Notes: generated by a model from the letters alone, not told the origin. DNA of 64,000 nt from an uncultured Gammaproteobacteria bacterium (GCA_964540695.1 CAZINS010000001.1:156826-220825), one strand, 5' to 3'; counted from the stretch's first letter, positions 19,667 to 29,136 are shown. Made by a program: numbers and translations.

Positions 19667-20429
19667 ATGAATATATTTTTTCTAAATAACTAAAGCTATT
19701 AATTTTTCTCTCAATTATATTTTCTGTATATTTACTTAAAATTTTCATAAACTCAAACTCTTCTTGTTTAGTTATTCTAAAACGATAAACATCTGGTAAG
19801 ACTTGCCAAAAATTCCCTCTGTATAAATAACGTAATATTTTCAAAATATTTAGAGATAATATTAAATCAGAATTAATAGCCTTATCTTTTTTTATTACTC
19901 CACCTTCAGTCACTGAAAAAAAACAATTTTCTGCTAATAATTTTTGACCACTCCGCACACACTCCTTAAGTTGAGGTTTAAATCCAATCAATGATACAAA
20001 CTGCCAAATAACTAAATATACAATTAACTTATTTCTATTTACATTTGGTTTTAAATTTTTTTGTAAAAACTTTGCCCAATTTATTAATAATTCATAAACT
20101 TCATCTTCTGTATTATCTGGGACAGTTGAAAAATTAACTACTTCCAACAATGCCTGCCACAATAATAATGCTTCTAAATTCTGACGAATTAAAAAATGAC
20201 TATCAACCGTTTCCCCACCAGCCACATGAATTTGGTTTTTACCTGGTGCCAACATTATCTTTACTTCATTGCCAACTTCCAAAAAACCTCTTAACTTTGC
20301 CTGTGGTTTTCTCGCTCCCTTGGCTTTGGCAATAATTTTTCCTTTTTCTCTAGTAAAAGCTGTTATCAATAAATCATTTTCACCTTTAGGCTGATGACGT
20401 AAGATAATCGCTTGTAAAATTACTGTCAT
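19635..20429 (-). CDS. recO: DNA repair protein RecO
   Basis: AIILR...GENDLLITAFTREKGKI...AKGARK; GFKPQLKEC; F....GG. Confidence 0.92.
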   Translation of the reverse strand: MTVILQAIILRHQPKGENDLLITAFTREKGKIIAKAKGARKPQAKLRGFLEVGNEVKIMLAPGKNQIHVAGGETVDSHFLIRQNLEALLLWQALLEVVNFSTVPDNTEDEVYELLINWAKFLQKNLKPNVNRNKLIVYLVIWQFVSLIGFKPQLKECVRSGQKLLAENCFFSVTEGGVIKKDKAINSDLILSLNILKILRYLYRGNFWQVLPDVYRFRITKQEEFEFMKILSKYTENIIERKINSFSYLEKIYSYGNKVLARVK

Positions 20430-23425
20430 GTTTTTTCAATACCCAACCAAATTTTTTCCTCAGCAAATTTTATTTCTTTGCTGTCTAAATTATCCTTATG
20501 TGCAAATACTATTTGTTTACTTAAAGTAGAGCTATTAATCATCTCTTCTACTTCTGCAATTGACTGTTCTAACTGATTGGAAACATCTATGTATAAAATA
20601 ATCTTATCCGTAATAGTCAAACCCGCTTGTTTACGTAAATTATTGACAGTTCTAACCAATTCTCTCACCAAACCTGCTTTAGCTAAATTTTCATCAATCG
20701 TAGTATTTAATTTTATTTCACTAGCACCCAAACTAACATTAATTACATTTACCTCTTGTCGCAAAATTTCAAGATATTGTTCAGAAAAATCTTTTTGTTT
20801 AATAAACAACTCTGCCAATGGTTGCCTAACTTTTATTTTAGCTTCCGCCCGTAAAGCTAAAGCTTGGGTAACAATATCTCTTACTTGATTCATGGTCTGT
20901 AACATTTCAGTTTCAGCCGCGGTTTTTTCATTGACTTGCGGCCAAGCAGATAAATGGACTGAAAAAGCAAATTCGTTTTCTTTAACTGGACAATCTTTTA
21001 TTAATTCTTGATAAATTTTTTCTGCTAAAAATGGTGTAAAAGGTGCTAATAATTTAGTTAATTCCAATAACACAAATCCTAATGTTTTTACAGCTTGTGC
21101 TTGTGTTTCTCCACCAGCTTTAAAACGATCACGACTGCGTCTCACATACCAAGTAGATAAATCATTGATAAAATCAGATAACATTCTCGCCGCAGATGTA
21201 ATATCATAATTATCTAAATAATTGGTGACAATTCTTGTTACCTCTCGTAAATAAGTTAATATCCACTGATCCAAAAGATCTGGAGAAGGTTCAGTTGGCA
21301 CTGTTTTTACAGCCGGCTTATATAGACTGTAGAAACTAAAAACATTCCATAAAATTAACCAGTTTTTTTTCAATACTTCTTCAACTTGTTGTGGGTCAAA
21401 GTTTTTTGGTTCACCTGGTTGATTGATTGTATAAAAATGCCAACGCAGTGCATCTGCACCATAAGAATTCATAATTTCCCATGGATCAACAATATTCCCC
21501 TTGCTTTTAGACATTTTCTTACCGTGTTTATCATTTATATGTCCTAAACAAATCACATTTTTATAAGGACTTTCCTGATCAAGTAAAGTGGCAACAGCCA
21601 GTAAAGTATAAAACCAACCACGGGTTTGATCGATGGCTTCACAAATAAAATCAGCTGGATACCATTTTTTATTATCAATCAAATCTTTATTGTCAAAAGG
21701 ATAATGAATTTGAGCAAATGGCATAGCCCCAGAGTCAAACCAACAATCAAGTACTGCAGTGTCTCGTACCATTTCCCCACCACACTGATCACATTTTATT
21801 TTAATATCATCAACAAAAGGACGATGAGCATCGGTAATTTTTTGTCCACTCAATTTTTCTAACTCGTCAAACGAACCAATTACTTTGATACTTCTGCATT
21901 CTACTTGATTCTTAATTCTCAATTCTTTATTCTGATTGGCTTGGCACTTCCAAATTGGCAATGGCGTTCCCCAATACCGTTCCCGGGATATGGCCCAATC
22001 CTTAACCCCCTCTAACCATTCACCAAACCGACCAAATTTAATATGATCAGGTAGCCAATTAATATTTTGATTATTTGTTTTTAACTGTTCACGTAACGAA
22101 GACATTTTAATAAACCAAGAATCCTTAGCATAATATAAAAGCGGAGTATCGCAACGCCAACAAAATGGGTAATCATGCTGATAAGACTCTTGACCAAACA
22201 ATAATTTTTGTTCTTGTAAATAATTAATAATTATTTTTTCTGTCTCAGAATCTTTGACAAATCTGTTTTGTAAAATTTCTAGAATCTTAAATTTTGAATT
22301 TTGAATCTGAAAAGAAAAATTACCGTTTTCATTGACTGTATGTACTTTGGGTAGTCCCACTGCTTCACCTAAGTTATAATCATCCTCACCATACATTACT
22401 GCTGTGTGTACTACTCCTGTACCATCCTCAGTAGTAACAAAATCAGCTGGATATATTTTATATGCATTTTTATAATTCTCTACTGTTTCTGAAATCGCAC
22501 CCGGAAATAGAGGTTCATATTCTACTCCAACCAATTCACTACCTTTAAACTCTTCTAAAATCTCAAACTCAGTCTGACCTAATATATTCAATCTCGCTTT
22601 GGCAATAATCAAATCTTCCTTAATTCTTAATTCGTCATTCTTAATTCTAATTTTGACATAGTCAAAATCATTACCGATTGCCAAAGCCACATTACCCGGT
22701 AAGGTCCAAGGAGTAGTTGTCCAAGAAAGAATATAGAGCGGAACATCACTATTATCTTCACCTTTAATTCTTACTTCGTCATTCTTAATTCTGAATTTTA
22801 TATAAACAGATTCATCCTTAACCTCCCGATACCCTTGAGCGACTTCATGGCTAGAAAGAGCGGTGCCACAACGTGGACAATGTGGAACTACTTTATGACC
22901 CAAATATAATAATTGTTTATCATGAACCTGTTTGATTATCCACCACAACGTTTCAATATAATCATTGGTATAAGTTATATAGGGTTTATCCATATCAATC
23001 CAAAAACCCATTCTCCTGGTCAATTTTTCCCATTCTTCTTTATATTGCCAAACTGATTCCTGACACTTGGCATTAAAAAACTTTATTGACTCAGCTACTG
23101 AACTTTGTAAAGCTTCAATTTGTGGTTTACCTGATATTCCTAAATGCTTTTCCACCGCTAGCTCCACTGGCAAACCATGAGTATCCCATCCTGCTTTTCT
23201 ATTTACATGAAAACCTTGCATGGTTTTATAACGAGGTATCAAATCTTTAAATGCTCGAGCCAAGACATGATGAATACCAGGACGACCGTTGGCAGTTGGT
23301 GGGCCTTCATAAAATACAAACTCACCCTTAGGAGAATCTTTCTCCAGGGACTTAGTAAATATTTTTTCTTTTTCCCAAAATTCTAAAATTTCTTGTTCTA
23401 ATTCGGGAAAATTTATTTGAGTCAT
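20426..23425 (-). CDS. ileS: Isoleucine--tRNA ligase (type 2)
   Basis: EGPPTANG, GWDTHGLP, WTTTPWTLP, DWAISRERYWGTP, DQTRGWFY, KMSKS. ATG at 23425 preferred over the 23476 start. Confidence 0.96.
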   Translation of the reverse strand: MTQINFPELEQEILEFWEKEKIFTKSLEKDSPKGEFVFYEGPPTANGRPGIHHVLARAFKDLIPRYKTMQGFHVNRKAGWDTHGLPVELAVEKHLGISGKPQIEALQSSVAESIKFFNAKCQESVWQYKEEWEKLTRRMGFWIDMDKPYITYTNDYIETLWWIIKQVHDKQLLYLGHKVVPHCPRCGTALSSHEVAQGYREVKDESVYIKFRIKNDEVRIKGEDNSDVPLYILSWTTTPWTLPGNVALAIGNDFDYVKIRIKNDELRIKEDLIIAKARLNILGQTEFEILEEFKGSELVGVEYEPLFPGAISETVENYKNAYKIYPADFVTTEDGTGVVHTAVMYGEDDYNLGEAVGLPKVHTVNENGNFSFQIQNSKFKILEILQNRFVKDSETEKIIINYLQEQKLLFGQESYQHDYPFCWRCDTPLLYYAKDSWFIKMSSLREQLKTNNQNINWLPDHIKFGRFGEWLEGVKDWAISRERYWGTPLPIWKCQANQNKELRIKNQVECRSIKVIGSFDELEKLSGQKITDAHRPFVDDIKIKCDQCGGEMVRDTAVLDCWFDSGAMPFAQIHYPFDNKDLIDNKKWYPADFICEAIDQTRGWFYTLLAVATLLDQESPYKNVICLGHINDKHGKKMSKSKGNIVDPWEIMNSYGADALRWHFYTINQPGEPKNFDPQQVEEVLKKNWLILWNVFSFYSLYKPAVKTVPTEPSPDLLDQWILTYLREVTRIVTNYLDNYDITSAARMLSDFINDLSTWYVRRSRDRFKAGGETQAQAVKTLGFVLLELTKLLAPFTPFLAEKIYQELIKDCPVKENEFAFSVHLSAWPQVNEKTAAETEMLQTMNQVRDIVTQALALRAEAKIKVRQPLAELFIKQKDFSEQYLEILRQEVNVINVSLGASEIKLNTTIDENLAKAGLVRELVRTVNNLRKQAGLTITDKIILYIDVSNQLEQSIAEVEEMINSSTLSKQIVFAHKDNLDSKEIKFAEEKIWLGIEKT
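21905..21936. repeat. 7-bp-period repeat inside ileS (encodes NKELRIKNQ)
   Basis: ttgattc ttaattc tcaattc tttattc. Confidence 0.7.
22280..22307. repeat. 7-bp-period repeat inside ileS, opposite orientation (encodes QIQNSKFKIL)
   Basis: tagaatc ttaaatt ttgaatt ttgaatc. Confidence 0.65.
22617..22654. repeat. 7-bp-period repeat inside ileS (encodes RIKNDELRIK)
   Basis: ttaattc ttaattc gtcattc ttaattc; 32 of 33 bp identical to intergenic 49501-49533. Confidence 0.85.
22764..22798. repeat. 7-bp-period repeat inside ileS (encodes RIKNDEVRIK)
   Basis: ttaattc ttacttc gtcattc ttaattc tgaattt. Confidence 0.8.
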
Positions 23426-23510
23426 AAGCAAATAAATATAATTGGAATGTATAAATTGTATTGAAAAAACAAGCAAAAGTCAATTTTACTATCCTAAACA
23501 ACAAAATAAA

Positions 23511-23537
23511 TAAAGTCCGCACTAAGTGCGGACTTTA
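23511..23537 (-). terminator. Hairpin, likely terminator after 23567-24058
   Basis: TAAAGTCCGCACT-A-AGTGCGGACTTTA perfect inverted repeat. Confidence 0.7.
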
Positions 23538-23566
23538 CTGTAAATTCAAAAATTATATATTCTCTC

Positions 23567-24058
23567 TTACTGCTGTGAATTCTTATAATTGGTAATTGCT
23601 TCCACGACTCGACTATCAGCTTTTAAATCTTCTACAAACAGTACATGGGCACCATTTATTCGCATTTCATCTTTTGGACCATGCAACTCATTACCCAGTT
23701 TCACCAAAGACAATTCATTCTGTACTTGGGCTTGTTGTTGTTGATCTCCAGATGTTTGCAAAGGTTGGGTTACTTGTAAATAATAAATGTCCCTTAATAA
23801 TACACTCTTACTATTTTCTTTAACCACTTTACCAAAATAAACTTGGCCATTGGTTAAAAAGACTGCTTGCCAATTATTGTTGCTGCCAGATAGCCCCAAA
23901 ACATTGAAACGGCTGTATTTAGAAATAAAATACAAACCCAAAACTATGATTAGAGCAATTACTACAACCACAATAACCCATTTAACAAAACTACCACCAG
24001 AACTAGCTGGTTTTTGAAAAGCAGCACTCTCTCCTGCTTTGGTTGTGTTTGGTTCCAT
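23567..24058 (-). CDS. CPR-type membrane-anchored hypothetical protein
   Basis: One TM then WQAVFLTNGQVYFG...YYLQ...LVKLGNELHGP, a motif set I recognise from CPR genomes. Confidence 0.75.
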   Translation of the reverse strand: MEPNTTKAGESAAFQKPASSGGSFVKWVIVVVVIALIIVLGLYFISKYSRFNVLGLSGSNNNWQAVFLTNGQVYFGKVVKENSKSVLLRDIYYLQVTQPLQTSGDQQQQAQVQNELSLVKLGNELHGPKDEMRINGAHVLFVEDLKADSRVVEAITNYKNSQQ

Positions 24059-24163
24059 AATTTCTATGTCCTTTCCCTAAAATTAATTATTAGGATGTTA
24101 ATATTTATAATTTAACTTAAAACTAGTATACCACCTAATTAACAAACAAAGCAAATACTTTTT

Positions 24164-24487
24164 TCACAAAAATTTAGTCATATCTACTTCTTGCCAATCA
24201 TCGTTAGTAGATGATTTTTCATAAAATTTAGCAAATTCTACTGTTTCATCATCTGCATAAACAAATTCTTCTCTGACTCCACTACCAATTCGATTACTAT
24301 AAAAAGTTTTTTTATCCAATACTTTTGGCTTCAGATGCAACTCCGCCCGCATTTCTTTATCACCTGTTTCCCATTCGATAAATTTTATTACCTCACCCGG
24401 TATATCAGTATTAGTTTCACCTTCTGCAATTACGGTAAATTTATTTTTCACCATCTCAATAAAAGTTGGCCATTTTGACTGATTCAT
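24164..24487 (-). CDS. Hypothetical protein, 107 aa
   Basis: Starts 3 bp after the argS stop; KPKVLDKKTFYSNRIG segment. Confidence 0.7.
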   Translation of the reverse strand: MNQSKWPTFIEMVKNKFTVIAEGETNTDIPGEVIKFIEWETGDKEMRAELHLKPKVLDKKTFYSNRIGSGVREEFVYADDETVEFAKFYEKSSTNDDWQEVDMTKFL

Positions 24488-24490
24488 AAG

Positions 24491-26209
24491 TTACATTTTA
24501 TCAACTGGTTTGATATTAAGCAAATCAAGACCACTGGCAATAATTTTAGCTGTTGCTTGAATCAACAATAAACGTTGATTTCTTATTTGTTTTTCTGCTT
24601 TTAACACTGGCACATTTTGATAATAATTATTAGCTAAACTTGCCAATTGATATAAATATTCAGCTAAATGATTGGCTTGTTGTTTTTCATAGTAATGTAA
24701 TGCCACCAGTGGCCACTGACATATTTTTCTTACCAAAATATTTTCTTGTTCAGAAAAATTATACTGCTTGACTTTAGTATTTTTGGCTTTTTGTAAAATA
24801 CGTTTTAACCTCACCAAAGTATACAAAAGATAAGGCCCGGTATTACCTTCTAAACTCAAGGAGGCCTTAGGATCAAAAGTTATGGTAGACTTGGGATTGG
24901 TTTTTAAAAACCAGTATTTAATAGCAGCGATAGCTATAGTTTGAGCTAATTTTTTTTGTTGGTTTAATTTTAATTTTGGTTGCCGTTGTTTTACTTCCTG
25001 CCATGCTTCTTCGGTTAGTTCATTTATTAAATCATCAGCATCAACCACCGTACCCTCACGTGATTTCATTTTCCCTTGGGGTAATAACACTTGCCCGTAA
25101 GGATAATGCTGGCACTTAACTTGCCAATCATAACCTAAAATTTCCAATAACTTAAATAAGACTTTAAAATGATATAGTTGCTCATCACCCACCACATATA
25201 TCATTTTTGTAAAATTATAATCTTTAAATCTTTTAACAGCCAAATATATATCCTGGGTAATATAAACCGTGGTACCATCAGCTCTTAGTAAAATTTTTTC
25301 TCCACTATCACGTCCCCCTAAACCATAAGTACTTAAATCTACCACCATGGCACCAGCGGAATTACTTTTTACTAACCCTTGCTTAGCTGCTTGAGTAATT
25401 ATTTCTCTACCCTGATTATAAAGTTTACTTTCATAATAAATCTGATCAAACTCTGAGCCATATACTCTATACGTCTCTGTCCAGCCTTTTATAACCCAAG
25501 AATTCATTTTCCGCCATAAAGAAATTATTTTTTTATCTTTCTTCTCCCAAGCTTGTAATAATCCTCTGGCTTCAGTAATTAAATCAGGGTTAGTTTTTTC
25601 CTCTTGATTATATTTAACATACAGATCACCAACAAACTTATCTCCTTTAATCTGTACACTTTGTGGAGTTTTATTATTTCCCCATTTAAGATAAGCCAGC
25701 AAACTTTTCATAATATGAATACCGCGGTCATTGATAACTTCTGTTTTTATTACCTGGTAACCGAAAAATTCATAAATTTTTGCCAAACTCATACCTATAG
25801 CATCATTACGTAAATGTCCCAAGTGTAAGGGTTTATTGGTGTTGGGTGATGAATATTCTATAACTACTTTTTTCTTACTACCTATATTTATTTGACCGAA
25901 TTTTTTTTCCTGAGCTGCTTGATTAACATATTTGATCAGTTGTTGTGGTGATAAGAAAAAATTGATAAATCCTTGGCCGGCAACTTTTACTTCTATATTA
26001 TTTTCTCTTAACCAACTAGTTTGCGATAATTTCTCAGCTAAATCTGTAGCTACTTGCTGGGGATTTTTTTTCTCTTGACGAGCAATGATTAAAGCTATAT
26101 TTGTACTTAAATCACCAAAATCATTGGTGGGAGGAGTCTCCAAAACAAACTCCTCTTGCCCAGTCAAAAGTTTAATTTCATTTTTCAATTGTGAGTAAAA
26201 TGTAATCAT
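24491..26209 (-). CDS. argS: Arginine--tRNA ligase
   Basis: FGDLSTN, IEYSSPNTNKPLHLGHLRN, KMKSREG, EGNTGPYLLY. Confidence 0.96.
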   Translation of the reverse strand: MITFYSQLKNEIKLLTGQEEFVLETPPTNDFGDLSTNIALIIARQEKKNPQQVATDLAEKLSQTSWLRENNIEVKVAGQGFINFFLSPQQLIKYVNQAAQEKKFGQINIGSKKKVVIEYSSPNTNKPLHLGHLRNDAIGMSLAKIYEFFGYQVIKTEVINDRGIHIMKSLLAYLKWGNNKTPQSVQIKGDKFVGDLYVKYNQEEKTNPDLITEARGLLQAWEKKDKKIISLWRKMNSWVIKGWTETYRVYGSEFDQIYYESKLYNQGREIITQAAKQGLVKSNSAGAMVVDLSTYGLGGRDSGEKILLRADGTTVYITQDIYLAVKRFKDYNFTKMIYVVGDEQLYHFKVLFKLLEILGYDWQVKCQHYPYGQVLLPQGKMKSREGTVVDADDLINELTEEAWQEVKQRQPKLKLNQQKKLAQTIAIAAIKYWFLKTNPKSTITFDPKASLSLEGNTGPYLLYTLVRLKRILQKAKNTKVKQYNFSEQENILVRKICQWPLVALHYYEKQQANHLAEYLYQLASLANNYYQNVPVLKAEKQIRNQRLLLIQATAKIIASGLDLLNIKPVDKM

Positions 26210-26293
26210 CTTGATTTTATAGTAATGATTTTAGGTAAAATCAGCAAGCTGGCTAAGTTTGTTAGCCAGGTAATATTCCTATACAATAAAGTT

Positions 26294-26740
26294 ATGGAAA
26301 TATTAACCAACAAACAAGCTTTATTCAATTATCTACCTTTACAAAAAATAGAGGCGGGGCTTGTTTTGACCGGGCCGGAAGTAAAATCAGTTAAAATGAA
26401 AAGAGTTGATTTTAAAGGTAGTTATGTGACTATCAAAGATAATCATGCCTGGCTGGTAGGACTACATGTTGCCCCATATCAACCAGCTGGTGGTGTACAA
26501 AAAAACTATGAACCAAAAAGACAAAGAAAACTACTTTTAACTAAAAAAGAAATTAATCTCATCCGGGGACAACTGACCAATAAAGGATTGACAGTTGTCC
26601 CTTTGCGGCTATATACTACCAGGGGTCTGGTGAAACTGGAACTAGCAATAGTCCGTGGTAAAAAACAATTTGATAAAAAAGAAACAATAAAAAAAAGAGA
26701 TACCGACCGCGATATCAGACGCACTTTGAAAGAATACTAG
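26294..26740 (+). CDS. smpB: SsrA-binding protein SmpB
   Basis: NKQALFNY, EAGLVLTGPEVKS, RKLLL, GKKQFDKKETIK. ATG 26294 preferred; tmRNA follows. Confidence 0.95.
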   Translation: MEILTNKQALFNYLPLQKIEAGLVLTGPEVKSVKMKRVDFKGSYVTIKDNHAWLVGLHVAPYQPAGGVQKNYEPKRQRKLLLTKKEINLIRGQLTNKGLTVVPLRLYTTRGLVKLELAIVRGKKQFDKKETIKKRDTDRDIRRTLKEY

Positions 26741-26742
26741 CT

Positions 26743-26840
26743 TAATTACTAATTAGTAATGACTAATATCTAATGAATTTTCTAATTAGTTAATTAATAA
26801 ATTAAATCATTTATTAATAATTAGTTATTAGTAATTTTAT
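26743..26840. repeat. AT-rich quasi-palindromic heptamer element, copy 1
   Basis: ctaatta/ctaatat/ctaatga units on the left, taattag/ttattag units on the right; 3' ~42 bp nearly identical to 28689-28737. Confidence 0.65.
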
Positions 26841-26842
26841 CC

Positions 26843-27218
26843 GGGGATGTCATCTATTCGCTAAGAAAGTAGAGACGTATGTTCAAGCTGAGCGGCAACT
26901 CATTAAACTACCACAACTATAAGTGCCAATACACTTATGAGCAAAATTAGGAACGCTTTTGCGCTACCTAACTTTGCACTTGCTGTTGCCTAATTAGGCC
27001 ACAGCCATCGCTGAAGTCTGGCTCCAAGATTTCTTAAGCGGTGTCATAACTGGAGCTTGAACGCCGATACGCTGACTATTGTCGTTTGAAATATTGCTCA
27101 GCACCACCAAAAAGTTTTCGCCTGATTTTATCTTTTTGGTTTACCAATCAGGCTAAGTTTGTAAATCATGCGTTAAAACTTTTTTACCACGTGGGTGCAA
27201 AGCCCACCATCTCCACCA
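26843..27218 (+). ncRNA. ssrA: tmRNA
   Basis: 5' GGGGATG pairs with CATCTCC-ACCA (G3.U wobble); T-arm GTGGG-TGCAAAG-CCCAC; tag ORF 26925-26993 ANTLMSKIRNAFALPNFALAVA*; directly after smpB. Confidence 0.93.
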
Positions 27219-27379
27219 AACTAAGCTTGGTAATTGGGGAGCTTAACTTCCCACCATCAAATTTTTAATTTTATAATTTTTAATTTTATAATTTTTAAAC
27301 TACTCTTCATATATAAGTACTCTGGCCACAAATACTTAAATTTTATATAATATAATTATAATCATTAACCCTCAAATTT

Positions 27380-27886
27380 ATTCAAAAATTTAGAATCAAT
27401 CAACAAATAAACCTACCAGAAGTCCGTCTAGTAGGAGCCGACGGAGAACAGTTAGGCGTAGTTTCTACGGTAGAAGCCCTACGTCAAGCCAGAGAAGCGG
27501 GACTGGATTTGGTTGAAGTATCACCTAAAGCAGAAATACCTGTCTGTCGTATCTTAGACTACGGTCAATGGATTTATAACCAAAATAAGCTACAACAAAA
27601 AGCTAAGGTCAAAAGCAGAAAATCAGAAATTAAAGGAGTAAGACTTACTTACAATATGGGAAGCCACGACTTAGAAGTCAGAGCCAACCAGGCAAGTAAA
27701 TTTTTAAATCAAGGCGATCGAGTCAAAACTGAAATTATTCTTAAAGGTAGACAAAAGGCTCATCCTGAAAAAGTAAAAGAAATAATGATGAAATTTCAAT
27801 CTATGCTTGGTACAAATATTAGAGTGGACCAAGAACCTACACGCGAAAGCAATAAATTTACAGCCCTTTACTCCTTAAAAAAATAA
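27380..27886 (+). CDS. infC: Translation initiation factor IF-3, ATT start
   Basis: Frame extends 43 codons upstream of the track start to ATT CAA AAA TTT AGA ATC AAT (FRINQQI..PEVRLVG.DGEQLGV); in-frame TAA at 27359. Confidence 0.93.
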   Translation: MQKFRINQQINLPEVRLVGADGEQLGVVSTVEALRQAREAGLDLVEVSPKAEIPVCRILDYGQWIYNQNKLQQKAKVKSRKSEIKGVRLTYNMGSHDLEVRANQASKFLNQGDRVKTEIILKGRQKAHPEKVKEIMMKFQSMLGTNIRVDQEPTRESNKFTALYSLKK

Positions 27887-27897
27887 AGCTTTATTGC

Positions 27898-27926
27898 TTG
27901 ACACTATTTATTTAATACTTTATTAT
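27898..27926 (+). promoter_or_regulatory. Promoter TTGACA-17-TATTAT upstream of rpmI
   Basis: Near-consensus hexamers with 17 bp spacing. Confidence 0.6.
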
Positions 27927-27971
27927 AAATCCTGTCCCACTATTTTGGGTGGGATTTATTCATAAAAAAAG

Positions 27972-28169
27972 ATGCCAAAATTAAAAACACACAAAACAAC
28001 CAATAAGAGAATTAGAGTAAGTAAGAATAAAAAACTGACCCAAAGAACTTCCGGTCAGGATCATTTTAATTCCAGAGAAACTGGCAAAGTAACTCGCAAT
28101 AAAAGACGTGACCATAAAGTAGCCAAGGTAAACGAAAAAAACATTCGCACTCTCCTACCTTATCATTAA
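27972..28169 (+). CDS. rpmI: 50S ribosomal protein L35
   Basis: MPKLKTHK..KR, HFN, LLPY; position between infC and rplT. Confidence 0.93.
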   Translation: MPKLKTHKTTNKRIRVSKNKKLTQRTSGQDHFNSRETGKVTRNKRRDHKVAKVNEKNIRTLLPYH

Positions 28170-28173
28170 TATC

Positions 28174-28205
28174 TTAATTCTTAATTCTAGATTCTAAATT
28201 CTAAT
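28174..28205. repeat. 7-bp-period repeat between rpmI and rplT
   Basis: ttaattc ttaattc tagattc taaattc taat. Confidence 0.75.
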
Positions 28206-28208
28206 CAT

Positions 28209-28559
28209 ATGGCCAGAGTTAAAAGAGGCACAACTCATACTAAAAAAAGAAGAAAACTTAGAAAGGCTGTTAAAGGCTATCGCTGGACTCGTAAAAGTGG
28301 TATCCGACAAGCCAAAACTGCTGTGGTTAAAGCCGGAGCATATGCACTAAGAGATAGACGAGCAAAAAAGAGAATTAATCGATCTTTATGGTTGATTAGA
28401 TTGAATGCCGCCGTCCGTGAACGTGGAACTAGTTACTCTAAATTTATCGGGGCAATGAAAAAGAAAAATATTGAACTAGATCGTAAAGTACTATCTGAAC
28501 TAGCAATGAATCACCCACAAATATTTGATCAGATTTTTAAACAAGTAATGGCTGAATAA
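28209..28559 (+). CDS. rplT: 50S ribosomal protein L20
   Basis: MARVKRG, RDRRAKKR..RSLWLIRLNAA, LDRKVLSELA. Confidence 0.97.
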   Translation: MARVKRGTTHTKKRRKLRKAVKGYRWTRKSGIRQAKTAVVKAGAYALRDRRAKKRINRSLWLIRLNAAVRERGTSYSKFIGAMKKKNIELDRKVLSELAMNHPQIFDQIFKQVMAE

Positions 28560-28581
28560 TTTTTTTAAAAACAGAGAGTAT

Positions 28582-28609
28582 AAAACCCCGAATCACTTCG
28601 GGGTTTTTT
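28582..28609 (+). terminator. Terminator after rplT
   Basis: AAAACCCCGAA-TCAC-TTCGGGGTTTTTT. Confidence 0.85.
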
Positions 28610-28639
28610 AATAACCAATTTCCAAGAAACAAGATACTA

Positions 28640-28737
28640 ATAAATTATTAATTTCTAATAACTAATTACTAATGAATTACTAATTATTAAATTAAATCAT
28701 TGATTAATAATTAATAATTAGTTATTAGTAATTTTAT
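28640..28737. repeat. AT-rich quasi-palindromic heptamer element, copy 2
   Basis: ctaataa ctaatta ctaatga...aaattaaatcattgattaataattaataattagttattagtaattttat; the 3' part differs from copy 1 by one substitution and one extra heptamer. Confidence 0.65.
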
Positions 28738-28960
28738 GTTCTAATAAATACAATCTTATTATTCAAACATCCAAACTTTTAACAGCTAAAAACAAATCAA
28801 CTATTCCCCCACAACCTTACCCGGTTTTCACTTCTTCTATTACTATAATTCAAATTAAGTCCACGTAAATTTATCGGCTGAATATTTTTCTTATTTCTTT
28901 TCCAAGTAAAAATATTTTGTTTTTTTTCTGACATAAAAATTATTTAAGTTATTTAAACTT

Positions 28961-28993
28961 AAAATAAAAAGCAGTACGCGCTTAGCGTACTAC
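28961..28993 (-). terminator. Intrinsic terminator of a short minus-strand transcript
   Basis: AGTACGC-GCTTA-GCGTACT stem with an A-run on the left. Confidence 0.65.
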
Positions 28994-29044
28994 CCTAATT
29001 TTTATTGCCTGCACTTTATCTTGACAAGATACTTTGATTTTCAT
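28982..29044 (-). CDS. Possible 20-aa peptide MKIKVSCQDKVQAIKIRVVR
   Basis: Only ORF seen between a perfect promoter and a terminator; coding status unproven. Confidence 0.3.
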   Translation of the reverse strand: MKIKVSCQDKVQAIKIRVVR

Positions 29045-29136
29045 ATTTTTGTTTTTAATTTTTATTTTTGTGAATTTTATTTAAATTGTTTTATAATTTA
29101 CAATTTTAAATTTATAATTTTTATTACTATATCTTC

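Noticed and set aside
23426-23560. T-box leader upstream of ileS (also checked glyS and argS)
   Set aside because: No GGTGGTACC-type T-box sequence and the leaders are too short; the hairpin is better explained as the upstream gene's terminator.
27086-27268. 60-aa ORF in the track
   Set aside because: It lies over the 3' half of tmRNA.
26743-28737. Heptamer tracts as a CRISPR array
   Set aside because: Units are 7 bp, tandem and without unique spacers.
28797-28934. 45-codon minus-strand ORF (MSEKKQNIFTW...)
   Set aside because: No SD, no recognisable motif, and it lies beyond a terminator; cannot be supported.
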